From IMG/VR virus record IMGVR_UViG_3300037440_000405, positions 1 to 52,818 of that record: a stretch of DNA of 52,818 nt. One strand, given 5' to 3'. This DNA comes from a virus (taxonomy: Duplodnaviria > Caudoviricetes). Below the pieces are notes generated by a model. The model saw nothing but the letters and a program-made list of their open reading frames with translations. It was not told where the DNA came from and ran no database searches. Each line of letters starts with the position of its first letter. The stretch's first letter is position 1. A program made the translations under genes and the position numbers. This document shows, piece by piece, positions 36,693 to 47,094 of this stretch.

Positions 36693-38135
36693 TCAGGCCT
36701 TATTGGTCAGCAGCCGGAACCCGTTGACGTTGACCACATCGGCACCGATCCGCGCCCATGCAAACCAGCCGCGCTGACCCGTCGGCCGATTCGACGTGGT
36801 GTCGAACAACATCGGGATGAACTCCACCATCATCCCGGCGCGCTGGGCGACCACGTAGCCGCGGAAGTCGCCGACCACGAGCAGTGGCTGGGTGCCTGTG
36901 CCCGAGGCAGGCAGATCCTGCATGTAGTCGTTCATCGGGTACTGCCGGCCGAACAGTCGTGGGATCGCCTCCTGGGTGATGTCCACAGAGAAGTTCGGGT
37001 CGACGGTGCCCAACTGTCGGATGGAGTTCTGCATGTCCGTGCTGGACATCCATGCGCAGTTTGCCGCCCGGCGGAACCGCTGCGGCAGTGCCGCCCACAG
37101 GCCGTAGATGTCCCCACCGACCAACGTGGCAGCCGTGGCCAGCTCCACCTCGATCGTGGTGGTCGCGTCCAGCCTGGTGATCAGGCCGGTCGGCTCAGTG
37201 CTGCCCGACGTACCCGTGGTGAGCTTCTCGGCGAGCAACTCGTCGTAACCCTCGGCGAGCAAGCCCGACATGGACTCGGCGAAGCCTGGCCAGTCCATCC
37301 CGATCTCGATCGAGAACGGGATGAACCCGTCAGCCCGCCTCGTGGTCACCGTCGGCTGCGCGACCGTCGGCGCGTTGTCCGTGGCCGCCGCCGCCTCGGT
37401 GTCGAACTTCCACGACACCCCGGCCGAGCTGACACCCTTCCACACGTCGGTGGTGATGGTCTCCACCCTGGCCAGACGCAGGATGTCGTTCGTCGACCCC
37501 TGCGCGGTCATGATGATCGTCGGGTCGATCAGCACCGGAACTGCGAACCCGCCGGCGGTGTCGGACAGCGACGCGGCCCGGTTCAGATGCCGCACCACCT
37601 CGATCGCCCGAGCCTCCTCCTGGGTGTACGCGTGCGAGCCGGACGCATACTTCTGGAACGCCGACCGGTACGACGGGTGCTGGGTGGCGATCACATGCCG
37701 GGCCAGCAGGTCACCATCCAGGTTCGCGTTGCGCGTACGCAGCAGCTTCTCCAGATGCTCCTTCTGATCCGAGCGCAGGTGCCCGCCGAGCTCCCGGTCG
37801 TCCAGAATGTTGCGCGCCCGGGTCAGCGCCTGCTGCTCGGGCACGATCCGCACATCCCCGTCCCACGGATCCTCACGCTTCGTGCCGACCTGCAGGCTCT
37901 GGTACTTCGACCGGGCGTCCTGCAGCCGCTGCGCCCGCTTGGCCTTGCGGGTGGACAGCGCCAGCTCGTCGTGCTCGACGCCGAGCTCATCCCAGGTGGC
38001 ACGCTGCTCGTCGTCGAGGTCACCGTCGCCGGCCTCGTCGTTGATCTCCTTCATCTCTGCTTCGATCTCGGTGAGCCGCTTCTCGGCATCCTCCATCGAA
38101 AGCTCCGCAAGGCGGAACTGGACCTTCACTGACAT
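36693..38135 (-). CDS. Major capsid protein, HK97 fold with delta domain
   Basis: Coiled-coil N-terminus, AGGFAVP, EPTGL, VGDF. Confidence 0.92.
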   Translation of the reverse strand: MSVKVQFRLAELSMEDAEKRLTEIEAEMKEINDEAGDGDLDDEQRATWDELGVEHDELALSTRKAKRAQRLQDARSKYQSLQVGTKREDPWDGDVRIVPEQQALTRARNILDDRELGGHLRSDQKEHLEKLLRTRNANLDGDLLARHVIATQHPSYRSAFQKYASGSHAYTQEEARAIEVVRHLNRAASLSDTAGGFAVPVLIDPTIIMTAQGSTNDILRLARVETITTDVWKGVSSAGVSWKFDTEAAAATDNAPTVAQPTVTTRRADGFIPFSIEIGMDWPGFAESMSGLLAEGYDELLAEKLTTGTSGSTEPTGLITRLDATTTIEVELATAATLVGGDIYGLWAALPQRFRRAANCAWMSSTDMQNSIRQLGTVDPNFSVDITQEAIPRLFGRQYPMNDYMQDLPASGTGTQPLLVVGDFRGYVVAQRAGMMVEFIPMLFDTTSNRPTGQRGWFAWARIGADVVNVNGFRLLTNKA

Positions 38136-38152
38136 CGGGATACTCCCACCCG

Positions 38153-38995
38153 CTAATGCGACGGAACCTTCCGCCGCGTGTCGACTCCCTGCAGTTGCTG
38201 CAGGCGAAGGCGGCGTGCTGCCGCCGTCCCGTCGACGTGGCGGTCCGACCCGATGTCGGATGCCGGCGCTTCCGGCTTGGACCCCGGCCGGGCAGCGGCC
38301 CCCGTGGGGGTGCTGAGCCCGTGCAGGGCCCGGAACGCTGCGAACGAGCGGACAAGCTCGTCGTAGCGGTCCTGATCACGCTTCTGTATCTGCTCGGCCC
38401 ACCAGTCGGTGCCCGAACGCAGTCCGGCGGTCGCGTCCGGGTTCGCCGGCCACGTCACCGGGCCGGCCTCGAACAGGCGGACCTGGGTGATCGTCCGCTC
38501 GGGCAGGCCATCCGGGTTGCCATCAGACTTCTCCGGCTCCCGGTCCCACTTCTCGCCCAGCACCTCGAACATGAAGCTAGAGCCGTAGGCGCCGGCGCGC
38601 AGGCCTTCGACGATCAGCTCCGGGGTGCCGCGGAACAGCGGCCCCTCCAGGTGCGCGAAGTCCTCACGCTCCTCCAGGACCTCGGGGACGCTGAGCATCT
38701 TCTGGTCGAGGAACATGTCGAAGCCGTGGTTGAACAGGACCTTGACGTTGGACCCGTTCTCCTTCATCGTCTTCTTGAACGACCCGCGCTTAACCTGCTC
38801 CATGAACCGGCCCTCCCAGAACGAGTCGATCTCGTACCAGGTGTCGAATCGGGAGAAGTCGACGACCAGCGTGCCGATGCGCCCGTCGGCCGGGGCTGCG
38901 GCTTCGGGTTCGTCGGCTCGAACCGGTCGGGTGTTCAGTTGTGATGCCGGGCCACCACCCCGGATCACATGCAGGCCACGCATCGCGCGCATCAC
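38153..38995 (-). CDS. HK97-family prohead protease
   Basis: VLFNHG, GSSFMF, LFEAGPVTWPANP; GAGGAGG SD before GTG 38995. Confidence 0.9.
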   Translation of the reverse strand: MMRAMRGLHVIRGGGPASQLNTRPVRADEPEAAAPADGRIGTLVVDFSRFDTWYEIDSFWEGRFMEQVKRGSFKKTMKENGSNVKVLFNHGFDMFLDQKMLSVPEVLEEREDFAHLEGPLFRGTPELIVEGLRAGAYGSSFMFEVLGEKWDREPEKSDGNPDGLPERTITQVRLFEAGPVTWPANPDATAGLRSGTDWWAEQIQKRDQDRYDELVRSFAAFRALHGLSTPTGAAARPGSKPEAPASDIGSDRHVDGTAAARRLRLQQLQGVDTRRKVPSH

Positions 38996-39098
38996 TTGTC
39001 CTCCTCGTATGCTGGACGTGAGTGGTTGCCGCGAAGTGGTATCGGCGGGACCATCCACAGCGGTGAACGGCGGGGGGTCGACGGACCCACTTCCGACC

Positions 39099-39174
39099 CG
39101 CTGGCGGGCTGAGCGGTGGCTGGTACCAGTCGTTGCGACAGTGCCGCGGGGTTCGACTCCCCGTCCGGCGATCA
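39099..39174 (+). ncRNA. Degenerate tRNA-like cloverleaf, antisense to the head operon
   Basis: T arm CGGGG-TTCGACT-CCCCG; acceptor-like CGCTGG/CCGGCG; no canonical anticodon loop. Confidence 0.35.
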
Positions 39175-40389
39175 CTCGTCGTCGTCTTCCTCAGGTTCAC
39201 CCGGCGGCCCGTCATCGCTCGGCGGCGGGGCGGCACCCGGTGTCGGGTTCGGCTCATCGCCCCAGTCGACCGGCGGCAACTCTTCCTTCTCCCGGACCTC
39301 GTTCACGACCTTGAACCGCTTGTCCAGGGCAATCTTGTACGCCTGGTAACGGCGCAACGTGTCCGTCTCCAACAGCGCATCCCGGTTCAGCCGCACATAC
39401 TGCGGCCGCGGCAGGAACATGCTCAACAGCCGCTCCAGCCTGCGCAGCCACTTGTTCAACGCGTACTTCAGCACGTGCAGGTCACGGTCGATCAGGTTGC
39501 TGTAGGTGAGTGAGCTGCCCTTGGTGCCGTAGCCGAGGATCTCCGCGATCCCCGGCCCGAAGATCCGGGCCGACTCAGCGGCGGTGAAACCCTGCGTCTC
39601 CAGGAACTGCGACTCGTCCGGGTTGAGTTGGATCTTCTCGAACTCCCAGCCCTTGCCGAACACCAGCGGCTCACGCGACCCCCGCAGCGCGGCCATGAAC
39701 CGGTCCTTGGCAGTCTGCGACTGTTCCGGGTCAAGCGGGACCTCAGCGTTCCGTAGAATCCCCGACGGGTGGGCGCCGTCCTGGAACCACTGCAGGCCGA
39801 ACCTTGTGGTCGTCAAGTTCAGGCCAATCGTCCACGCGTGATACGCCACCGGCGACAAGCCGAGCAGGCAACCCGGCACCGGGTTGACCCGACGGTGCAG
39901 CATCCTGTTGAGCGGAACTTCCCGGCCCTGGTGCAGCCACTTCACCTCGCCGTCCTCGATCAGCGGGTGCACCCGGTCCGGGTGGAAGATGTCCACCTGC
40001 TTGAGCATCTGCGCCGGGCCGCGCTCCAGGACATCCCCGTACAGGTTGCCCCGCAGCAGCCAGGACACGAGCACCCGGTAGCACCAGTCCTCCAGGCCCT
40101 GGTCCGACCCGTCCGGGTCCTGTAGCCAGCCGGGCATTGGCAGCTCCTGCCGGGTCGACCCTTTGCCGCGGAACACGTCCGCTGGCAGTTCGGAGCCGAT
40201 CGACGCGATCAGGTCCACCGCGGATCGGACCGCCACCGACTGGAGCGACGATTCGGCGGTTGAAAGGTCAACCTCGTTGAACTGCTGCCGGGTCAGCGCG
40301 AGCAGGGCTTGCGACAGTTGGTTCACCGGCCATCCGGCGCGTTGCTCCGGCGCGCGCGGCCGGGTCCGGGCGCGGAAGAACACACTCAC
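39172..40389 (-). CDS. HK97-family portal protein
   Basis: LLRGNLY, GLSPV, FQDGAHPSG, SQFLET, VNEVR..EELPP. Confidence 0.93.
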   Translation of the reverse strand: MSVFFRARTRPRAPEQRAGWPVNQLSQALLALTRQQFNEVDLSTAESSLQSVAVRSAVDLIASIGSELPADVFRGKGSTRQELPMPGWLQDPDGSDQGLEDWCYRVLVSWLLRGNLYGDVLERGPAQMLKQVDIFHPDRVHPLIEDGEVKWLHQGREVPLNRMLHRRVNPVPGCLLGLSPVAYHAWTIGLNLTTTRFGLQWFQDGAHPSGILRNAEVPLDPEQSQTAKDRFMAALRGSREPLVFGKGWEFEKIQLNPDESQFLETQGFTAAESARIFGPGIAEILGYGTKGSSLTYSNLIDRDLHVLKYALNKWLRRLERLLSMFLPRPQYVRLNRDALLETDTLRRYQAYKIALDKRFKVVNEVREKEELPPVDWGDEPNPTPGAAPPPSDDGPPGEPEEDDDE

Positions 40390-40667
40390 CGCGCGACACC
40401 CCCCGGCTCAGCCGGCTCGGCCGCCGACCGGCGGTCAACCAACAGCAGGAACGCGCCGGCCGTCGCGAACCCAAGTGGAGCCCATGCCAGCCACGCCCCG
40501 TAGCAGATCGCGCCGGCACCAGCCAACCCCGGCAACTGCGCACCGACCTGCACCGACAGCCGCAGCACATGCCCGGCGGCCGCGGCTGCCGCCGGCAGTA
40601 GCCGGCGGCGGGCACGAGTTACCCGGCGGGCCCGGGGAATGCCATGCACGAACGTGGACATCGGCAC
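40386..40667 (-). CDS. Small membrane protein between terminase and portal
   Basis: Hydrophobic hairpin, typical position. Confidence 0.6.
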   Translation of the reverse strand: MPMSTFVHGIPRARRVTRARRRLLPAAAAAAGHVLRLSVQVGAQLPGLAGAGAICYGAWLAWAPLGFATAGAFLLLVDRRSAAEPAEPGGVAR

Positions 40668-40670
40668 CCC

Positions 40671-42134
40671 CTAGTAGATGTTGGCCAGCGGGTCGTAATC
40701 GGCCTGCACCAGATGCGCCCACGCCTCGAACAACCACGCCGCCAACGTCACCGCACGCAACGGCGCCGTCTCCGTCTTCCGGTCATCCCACGTCGCACCA
40801 CCCGCGGCCGGCCGGGTAGACGCCTGCGACAACGCCGTGTTCACCGGTGCATCGTCCAAATGCCGAAGCTGCTCAGCCCGGGCCGCGTCGACGAATAAGC
40901 CGTAGGCAGCGGCATCCTGCGCCGCGCTCGGAACCGCCAAATCCCCACGCTGCGGATCGTCCACATCCTCCGGCCCAACAATCCCGGCCTTCTCCAAATC
41001 GAGAAGCAGACTCTCCGACTTGGTGGACACGACGAACCCAACCGGGTTCCACTTCGCCTTCAGCTCCAACAACCGCCCCACCGCCCACGCGGTGCCCGGA
41101 CGCCAATCCGACAGGCCAACCTGCAGCAGGCCATCGCCACGCCGCCCGGCCCAGCCGATCGCACTGCGGGTCCGATCCCGGCTCACCACCAAGGCGAACG
41201 TCACATCAACCGGACGGTCCGCGTTCGAGTCCGCCAACGACTGCCACAAGCCGGCTGGGATGATGCCGGAGCCAGCGACGGCACCCGGACGCCACACACC
41301 CAACCGCTCGTGTGGGAACTCGTCACCCAGACCCGACGGGCCGAACTCGTCCTCCACGGTCTGCTCAGGAATCCGGATGCCCATCGCAGGATTAGTCCCG
41401 TACCAGAGTTCCCGATCGGCCCACGCCTGCCGGTCGTCCAACACCTCGTCCGGCGCGCCCCAGTCATGCCACGCCAACCGCGGCCGCCCAGCCTCACCAT
41501 CCCGGCGCAATCCGTAACACCAGGACGCCGGATCAGTCGGCGGTGTCCCCAGAAACCATACCTGCGCGTCACGCTGCGCCGAGATCGTCGGCAACATCGC
41601 GGCCATCTGCGCCGCGGTCAACTCCTGCGCCTCGTCCAAGATGATGCACCGGCCGGTGAACCCACGCCCCGACGTCCGCGACCGGGCCAGAAACCGCAGC
41701 CGCTGACCTGAACGCAACGAGATGCCCTGCTCACCTGCGGCAGTCCAGTAGCGTCGAACCTGACGGTGCAGGTCCGGGGTCGACTCGATCAGCCCCCGAA
41801 TCCGCAGGAAACCTTCCTGCGCGGTGTTGTACTGGTGCGCCGACCAGATGATCAGCGGCTCGCGGAGCAAGAACAGGCCAGCCAACACCCGGGCCTCGAT
41901 CACCCCACCCTTGCCGTTCTGCCGCGGCACCCAACATCCGACCCGGCTCGCCGACCAGCCCCGTCCTCGCTGGCGCATCCCGCCGCATACGACAAGCTGC
42001 TGCCAATCATCCAGCGGCAGGCCGGCCAGGTCAGCCAGTTCCACCGCTTCGTGGCCGGCGGCCTCGCTTCCGTCCGGCACCCGGCGAATCCTCGGCGTCT
42101 GCGAGCCGATTCGCTCGGCGAGCTGCAAGCTCAT
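40671..42134 (-). CDS. terL: Terminase large subunit
   Basis: Walker A PRQNGKG, Walker B IILDEAQ, GTPP coupling motif. Confidence 0.93.
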   Translation of the reverse strand: MSLQLAERIGSQTPRIRRVPDGSEAAGHEAVELADLAGLPLDDWQQLVVCGGMRQRGRGWSASRVGCWVPRQNGKGGVIEARVLAGLFLLREPLIIWSAHQYNTAQEGFLRIRGLIESTPDLHRQVRRYWTAAGEQGISLRSGQRLRFLARSRTSGRGFTGRCIILDEAQELTAAQMAAMLPTISAQRDAQVWFLGTPPTDPASWCYGLRRDGEAGRPRLAWHDWGAPDEVLDDRQAWADRELWYGTNPAMGIRIPEQTVEDEFGPSGLGDEFPHERLGVWRPGAVAGSGIIPAGLWQSLADSNADRPVDVTFALVVSRDRTRSAIGWAGRRGDGLLQVGLSDWRPGTAWAVGRLLELKAKWNPVGFVVSTKSESLLLDLEKAGIVGPEDVDDPQRGDLAVPSAAQDAAAYGLFVDAARAEQLRHLDDAPVNTALSQASTRPAAGGATWDDRKTETAPLRAVTLAAWLFEAWAHLVQADYDPLANIY

Positions 42135-42327
42135 CGAACCTGCTGCCCTCCTCCGGTGGAGCCATCGAGTCAATCTCGGCCAGCACCGCCCGTAGCTCCT
42201 TGGCCAGTGGCGCGGCCTCCCGGCCGGGCGCCTGTTCCAACTCACCGGCCAACTTGTCCCGGACAGCTCGCAGCGACGCCAACCGATCGCCCTCGCGGAT
42301 GGTGGTCAACAGCTTCTTGGCAGCCAT
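42031..42327 (-). CDS. terS: Terminase small subunit
   Basis: LRAVRDKLA...LAKELRAVLAEI...DELAARR; precedes terL. Confidence 0.7.
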   Translation of the reverse strand: MAAKKLLTTIREGDRLASLRAVRDKLAGELEQAPGREAAPLAKELRAVLAEIDSMAPPEEGSRFDELAARRANRLADAEDSPGAGRKRGRRPRSGGTG

Positions 42328-42447
42328 GATCACCTCACGGATGGTGCGCGAATAGAAACGAAAGGTGCGGGGTGGTCCGCTGCCCTTGATCGTCTTAAAA
42401 TCGGACATACCGGGACTCATGCACCGATGCATGTCACGTTGGGTGAC

Positions 42448-42726
42448 TCACCAACCGAGGCTCGGTTGCCACACCTCGTCGACTGGCCGAGATCCCCGCT
42501 CCTGGTTGCACTTGCGGCCACAGGTTGGGCAGCCGCGCACGCCGTGGGCTGGGCGGTAGGCGCGTGGGTGTACCGGCTGGTGTGGTGCTACCGAGCGGGG
42601 GACGATGAGGTCCGCATCGGTGGCGCCTGGGTGTCCGCAGATCCAGCAGGTGCGGCCGAGGACGGCGAACATGGCTGCTTTGGCCCGGCGGGCTGGCCGG
42701 GTGGTATGGAGCCTGTCACCTGGCAT
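42448..42726 (-). CDS. HNH endonuclease (packaging-associated)
   Basis: CWICG...AHG...CGRKCNQERG; precedes terS; first His appears replaced (ADLIVP). Confidence 0.75.
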   Translation of the reverse strand: MPGDRLHTTRPARRAKAAMFAVLGRTCWICGHPGATDADLIVPRSVAPHQPVHPRAYRPAHGVRGCPTCGRKCNQERGSRPVDEVWQPSLGW

Positions 42727-42784
42727 GGTCCCCCCGGGTATGGCACGCCCCCCGGGACCATGCCGCCGGGGGGTGGGGTTGGGG

Positions 42785-43012
42785 TTACTTGTTGCGCTTG
42801 GCCTGACGCTTCACATCCTGCTCGGCTGCCTTGCGCCCGGCCCACTCGTCGGCGGCCTTGAGCTTGCGGATGCTGGGCATGGTGTGGATGGCTGCCTGCC
42901 GCCGGCGTGCCCATTCGATGCGCTGCGCTTTGCTGCTGGTGAACCACTGCCAGAAGCCGACCTTGAACGTTGCGTCGAAGCTCGGGTTGGTGGGGTCTGC
43001 TGGGACTCGCAT
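42785..43012 (-). CDS. Hypothetical protein
   Basis: First ORF after the putative late promoter. Confidence 0.5.
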   Translation of the reverse strand: MRVPADPTNPSFDATFKVGFWQWFTSSKAQRIEWARRRQAAIHTMPSIRKLKAADEWAGRKAAEQDVKRQAKRNK

Positions 43013-43159
43013 GGTGGTGCCCCTTGCTGCGGGTTATTTTGCCACACCCCAGGACCTGGCCCGCTGGTTGGACGGTACTACCAGGGTGCGCCTACCTCAC
43101 GCTTCCCTGGCGACTCGCGTCACTGAGCGCGAGCGTAGCATACGGCGTGTGACAGGCCA

Positions 43160-43978
43160 TCACACTGGCTGTCGTGCGGCACGTCGGTCCATCCGCTCGG
43201 CCAGTGCGAGCACCTCCCGCAGCGAGTACAGCGGACGGGCCTGGTCGCCACGGTTGGCGAGTTGCCCGCGGCTGGCCCACTTGCGAATCCGGTCGGCGCG
43301 GATCTGCGGATAGGCGTCGCTGATCTCCTTCGCTGTGTAGGTGTAGCCCTGCACCAGCGTGGCCAGCCAGTCCATGCGGTCCTTGACGCTGTGCCTGCGT
43401 CCGCACCCTGGGCAGGTGGCCTGCTCGGCGCCCAGCCGGGCGTACAGGTCGGTCACACACCCGCCTGCGTCGCACGGCCCGAGGTAGCGGCGCCCGGTAC
43501 GACTGTCCACCAGCCGCCACAGCAGGGTGCACGCGTAGTCCAACTCGCCCCAGGCCTCACCGGCCCACTGCCGGTAGCGTGCCCAGCCGAGTTGGTCGGC
43601 TGTCCACCGAGTGAGCGGGCCGAGCCGGGTTGGCGGGTCAGCACCAAGCTCCTCGGCCAGAACCCGCGCCCACGTGGTCACCGTGTTGCGTGCGGCGTCG
43701 CGGGTCTCAGCCGCGGCCAGGTCGACCACTAGGCCGGTGGGCCAGCCGAGCGCCTGGCAGTCGGCGTCGGTGCCACCCGCACGCGGCGACTCTGCCGGCG
43801 CAGGCTTGCCCGCGCGCGGGGTGGGGTCGCCGGTGCGGGTCTGCTTGGCCACGGTGTCCGTCACGTACGGCCAGAGTCCGGATGCGGCCTTGAGCCGGCC
43901 CTCCAGGCGCAGGGCATCCCGAGGGCAGACGTAGGCGGTGTCCTGGATCGGCTCGGTGCAGATCGCGCAATCAGCCAT
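43160..43978 (-). CDS. Zn-ribbon plus C-terminal HTH protein (probable late transcription regulator)
   Basis: CAIC, GPC...C, CPGCG; RIRKWASRGQL...PLYSLREV; last gene before the late operon. Confidence 0.7.
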   Translation of the reverse strand: MADCAICTEPIQDTAYVCPRDALRLEGRLKAASGLWPYVTDTVAKQTRTGDPTPRAGKPAPAESPRAGGTDADCQALGWPTGLVVDLAAAETRDAARNTVTTWARVLAEELGADPPTRLGPLTRWTADQLGWARYRQWAGEAWGELDYACTLLWRLVDSRTGRRYLGPCDAGGCVTDLYARLGAEQATCPGCGRRHSVKDRMDWLATLVQGYTYTAKEISDAYPQIRADRIRKWASRGQLANRGDQARPLYSLREVLALAERMDRRAARQPV

Positions 43979-44099
43979 CGATGCAGCTCCCCACGATCCA
44001 CAACACCGCGAACATGATCACGGAGAGCACCGCGAGCGGTATCCACGAACCGAAGTGCGCCATGAATGTGTCGTCCTGTGGTCCTCTGCGCTGTCCCAT

Positions 44100-46160
44100 T
44101 CAGCCCTCCTCCTCCCGAACGAACTCGGCGGGGCCTGGCCGGATCTCCACCGGGTAGCCCATCAGCCAGAGCTGCGACCCGATGACGATGTGCTGAACGG
44201 CCTCACCCGCCATCGCGTCCCAGTGCTCTTGGCTGATCCGCCACCGCGACCACGCACGGTCGCGAGGGTGAACGCCCCCGTACGCCTTGTACACCTCGCG
44301 GCGCAAGTTGTAGTTGATATCCCCCACAGCCATGTTCACTCCCGGTTGCGCGTGATGGTGCAGCGTGAGCAGATGGCGATGCCGCCGTGCGGGGGCCGCG
44401 CCGGGTCAGGAATCGACTCGCCTGATTCGTGCCCGCCGAAGTCGGCGCCGCACAGCGGGCACGGGAGCCAGAAGTAGCCCAGCCAGTCCGCGACGAAGTG
44501 GTGGAACCAGCGCCACGAGTACGGGGCCAGCCGCAGCAGGTGGCCGTTGAACCGGGACGAGCTGCCGGTGGACAGCGGCGGGGTCACGCCGAGGCGCCGG
44601 TACCAGATCCGCTCCAGCCAGGACGGCGGGCGGCAGTTGACGTTGATCTCACCCATGGCGGCACCTCCGGTGGACGTAGGTCAGCCCGACGCCGTAGGCG
44701 GCCAGGACGATCACCGCGCCGAGTGCGGAGAGCCCACCGCCCAAGGCCAAGCCGAGCAGGGTCAACAGTCCGGTTCCGCTCATGGTCACTCCTCCTTCCA
44801 CCCTGCTACGCCGAGCTGTTCGGTGATCAGGTCGGCCGTGGAGCACGGCCAGTCGGCTTTCTCCTCGGCGTATGCGCCCGCGTCGCAGCCGTTGCACCAC
44901 CACCAGCTGCCGTCCCAGTGCGGGGCGTGCAGCTCGACGACCGCGCGTAGGGCGCCGTCGGTGGCCTCCAGCAGCGCCAGGTGCGACGCGGGGATCGGCG
45001 GTCTGGGTTCGGGTTGCCGGGGTGGTGCAGTGCCGTCCAGGACTGCCTTGATCGCATCGGCCATACCGGCCGTGTCGCTGATTAGCTCTGCGGATACGGG
45101 GATGTGCGCCTTCATGTGCTCATCCATGGCGGATCTCCTCCACGATGATCGGCATGCGCAAGATCCGGTTTCTAGCACTTTCGTAGCTCAACGGCACCAT
45201 GACCACGACGCCCACGACGCCCACGGCATAGCGCCCAGGAACCCTCCACCATCTGCCGAACATGCTGATGCGGTAGTCGGACCGCCTGACCTGGATGTCT
45301 ACGCCGCTGGCCGTGCTGACCCGCTCAGCCAGCGACTTGAGCCGCTCGATTCTGCTCATGTCTCCTCCTGCCACTGTGGGGTGGTGTCCATCCACGGCGG
45401 GACGCCGACCGCCGCTGTGACGCCGTGACTTTTGAGCTTCTGGGCGTACTGGTGCAGGTCGGCGAGGATGCGCGCCCGATCATCTGCCCGCTCCTGCGGT
45501 GTGGCTCCCTGCGGGATGAACAGGCACGGGTCGAGGTAGATCGGCTGGTCACGCACATGCTGAACGCACGCGATGAACTCGACGCGGGAGATGGCGTCCC
45601 GTTTCTGTCGCTGCCAGGTGAGGCGGCGACGCCGAACCCGGTAGTACACAGCGAAGAAGACGAGGTAGATGGCCAACCCGCCGGCTGCCCCCACCAGAAC
45701 CCGCCCGATCTCACCCATCATGATTCCTCCTTCGTCGTCGTGGCGCCGCAGCGGCACTCGCATACCAGGCGGTGGCCGTTAATGCGCTCGCAGCGGTGCT
45801 CTCCGACGGGAATGGTGGTATGGCCGGGGACGTCGTGGTCTGACCACGTCCAGCGGCACAGCATGGCGTTGAGCAGCTCGACTTCGGTCATAGCGGCACC
45901 GCCGGAGGCTGAGGATCTGCGGGTGGACCGAATTCGGGCGGTGGGAACTTCGCCGGTCCGAGAGATTGCCCCCGAAGCCCAGGCCGCTCCTTCATGGTTT
46001 CGCCGCAGTGGCAGCGACATGGCGCAGGATGGTCGGCTGGCTCGATGCAGCGGTGGGTAACCCCGACACCATCGGCGGGGACAACGACCGGACGCACGTA
46101 GGGCGAGATGCACAACGGGCCCAGCCAATGGCGGCCACACAACTTGACGCGCTCAGCCAT
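44100..46160 (-). other. Array of small hypothetical genes (e.g. 44100-44339, 44336-44656, 44786-45127, 45120-45359, 45356-45722)
   Basis: Overlapping chain with GGAGGAG SDs; starts uncertain. Confidence 0.55.
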
Positions 46161-46255
46161 GCCTGCACCACCAGCCGACGCTCATGCGCCGTAGCTGCCG
46201 GGCCCGGTATCGGCGGGCGACTGCGGCGACCAGGGCGGCCCGGCGGACGTGGCGC

Positions 46256-46810
46256 TCAAGGTCGGTCATGGCTCACTCCTCGGGTCTTGACGTAGCGGAA
46301 CGGGCCTCGCACAGCCGCCGAGTGTCGCTGGGCGGCCTCAAGCGCAAGTTGCAGCCGGCGCCGTGGTGGCAGGGTCGGGGTGGCGTACAGGACGCCGTGG
46401 GCGACCTGCGCACCACAGCCGACCGCGACGTAGCAGTCGGCCGACTCGGCCACCTGGTAGTCGGCGTGTACGGTGAACAGCCGGCCGGCGACGCCCACCA
46501 GCCAAGTGCCACCTTCTTCCTGCTCTTTGTCCTTGGTCGCCCACCCGGCGGTCTTCAACGCGTCCCGGGCGGCGTCGACCAGCACCGTTGACATGAACCT
46601 GTCCAGATGGTCGGCGGGCGGCTTCGGTGGTTTGAACGACCAGCGCAGCACCTGCCCCATGCGGAACGAGTCGGTGAACCCGATCGCGTACGGGCCGACG
46701 GTGAACACCTTCGGGTCGGCCCGGACGATCAGGTCCCAGCCGGACACGCCGGCGGAGTCGCCGCCGAGGTGCACGGTGCCGTTGTGGACCAACCCGACCA
46801 CCGCGGTCAT
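46256..46810 (-). CDS. HslV/proteasome-beta-like Ntn hydrolase
   Basis: M-T(1)AVVG...GGDS...KVF...AVGCG...A.G: N-terminal Thr nucleophile pattern. Confidence 0.75.
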   Translation of the reverse strand: MTAVVGLVHNGTVHLGGDSAGVSGWDLIVRADPKVFTVGPYAIGFTDSFRMGQVLRWSFKPPKPPADHLDRFMSTVLVDAARDALKTAGWATKDKEQEEGGTWLVGVAGRLFTVHADYQVAESADCYVAVGCGAQVAHGVLYATPTLPPRRRLQLALEAAQRHSAAVRGPFRYVKTRGVSHDRP

Positions 46811-47094
46811 CCGCTCACCGCCGACAGGACGGCCGCAGTGACCAGCAGCACCGCCACCACAGCCCACAGCCACATGATGTCCCTCTGGATCTTGGCATGC
46901 TTGTCCCAGAACCGTTCCTGGTCGCGCCAGAACTGGGCCATGCGGTGCCAGAACTCGGCTGATGCGGCATGCCACTCCGGGCTGCCTAGCGGCGCTGTGT
47001 TGTCCATCTCGGGTACCTGTGGGACCGGGTTGTGCCATCGGCTGAACAGCTTGTTCATGTCTCCTCCTGGCGGTCCAGCATGTCCCGTTCCCAC
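46807..47094 (-). CDS. Hypothetical membrane protein
   Basis: C-terminal TM segment. Confidence 0.5.
   Translation of the reverse strand: MGTGHAGPPGGDMNKLFSRWHNPVPQVPEMDNTAPLGSPEWHAASAEFWHRMAQFWRDQERFWDKHAKIQRDIMWLWAVVAVLLVTAAVLSAVSG

Noticed and set aside
42330-42447. cos site between HNH and terS
   Set aside because: Position is plausible, but no specific cohesive-end sequence can be identified without read-end data
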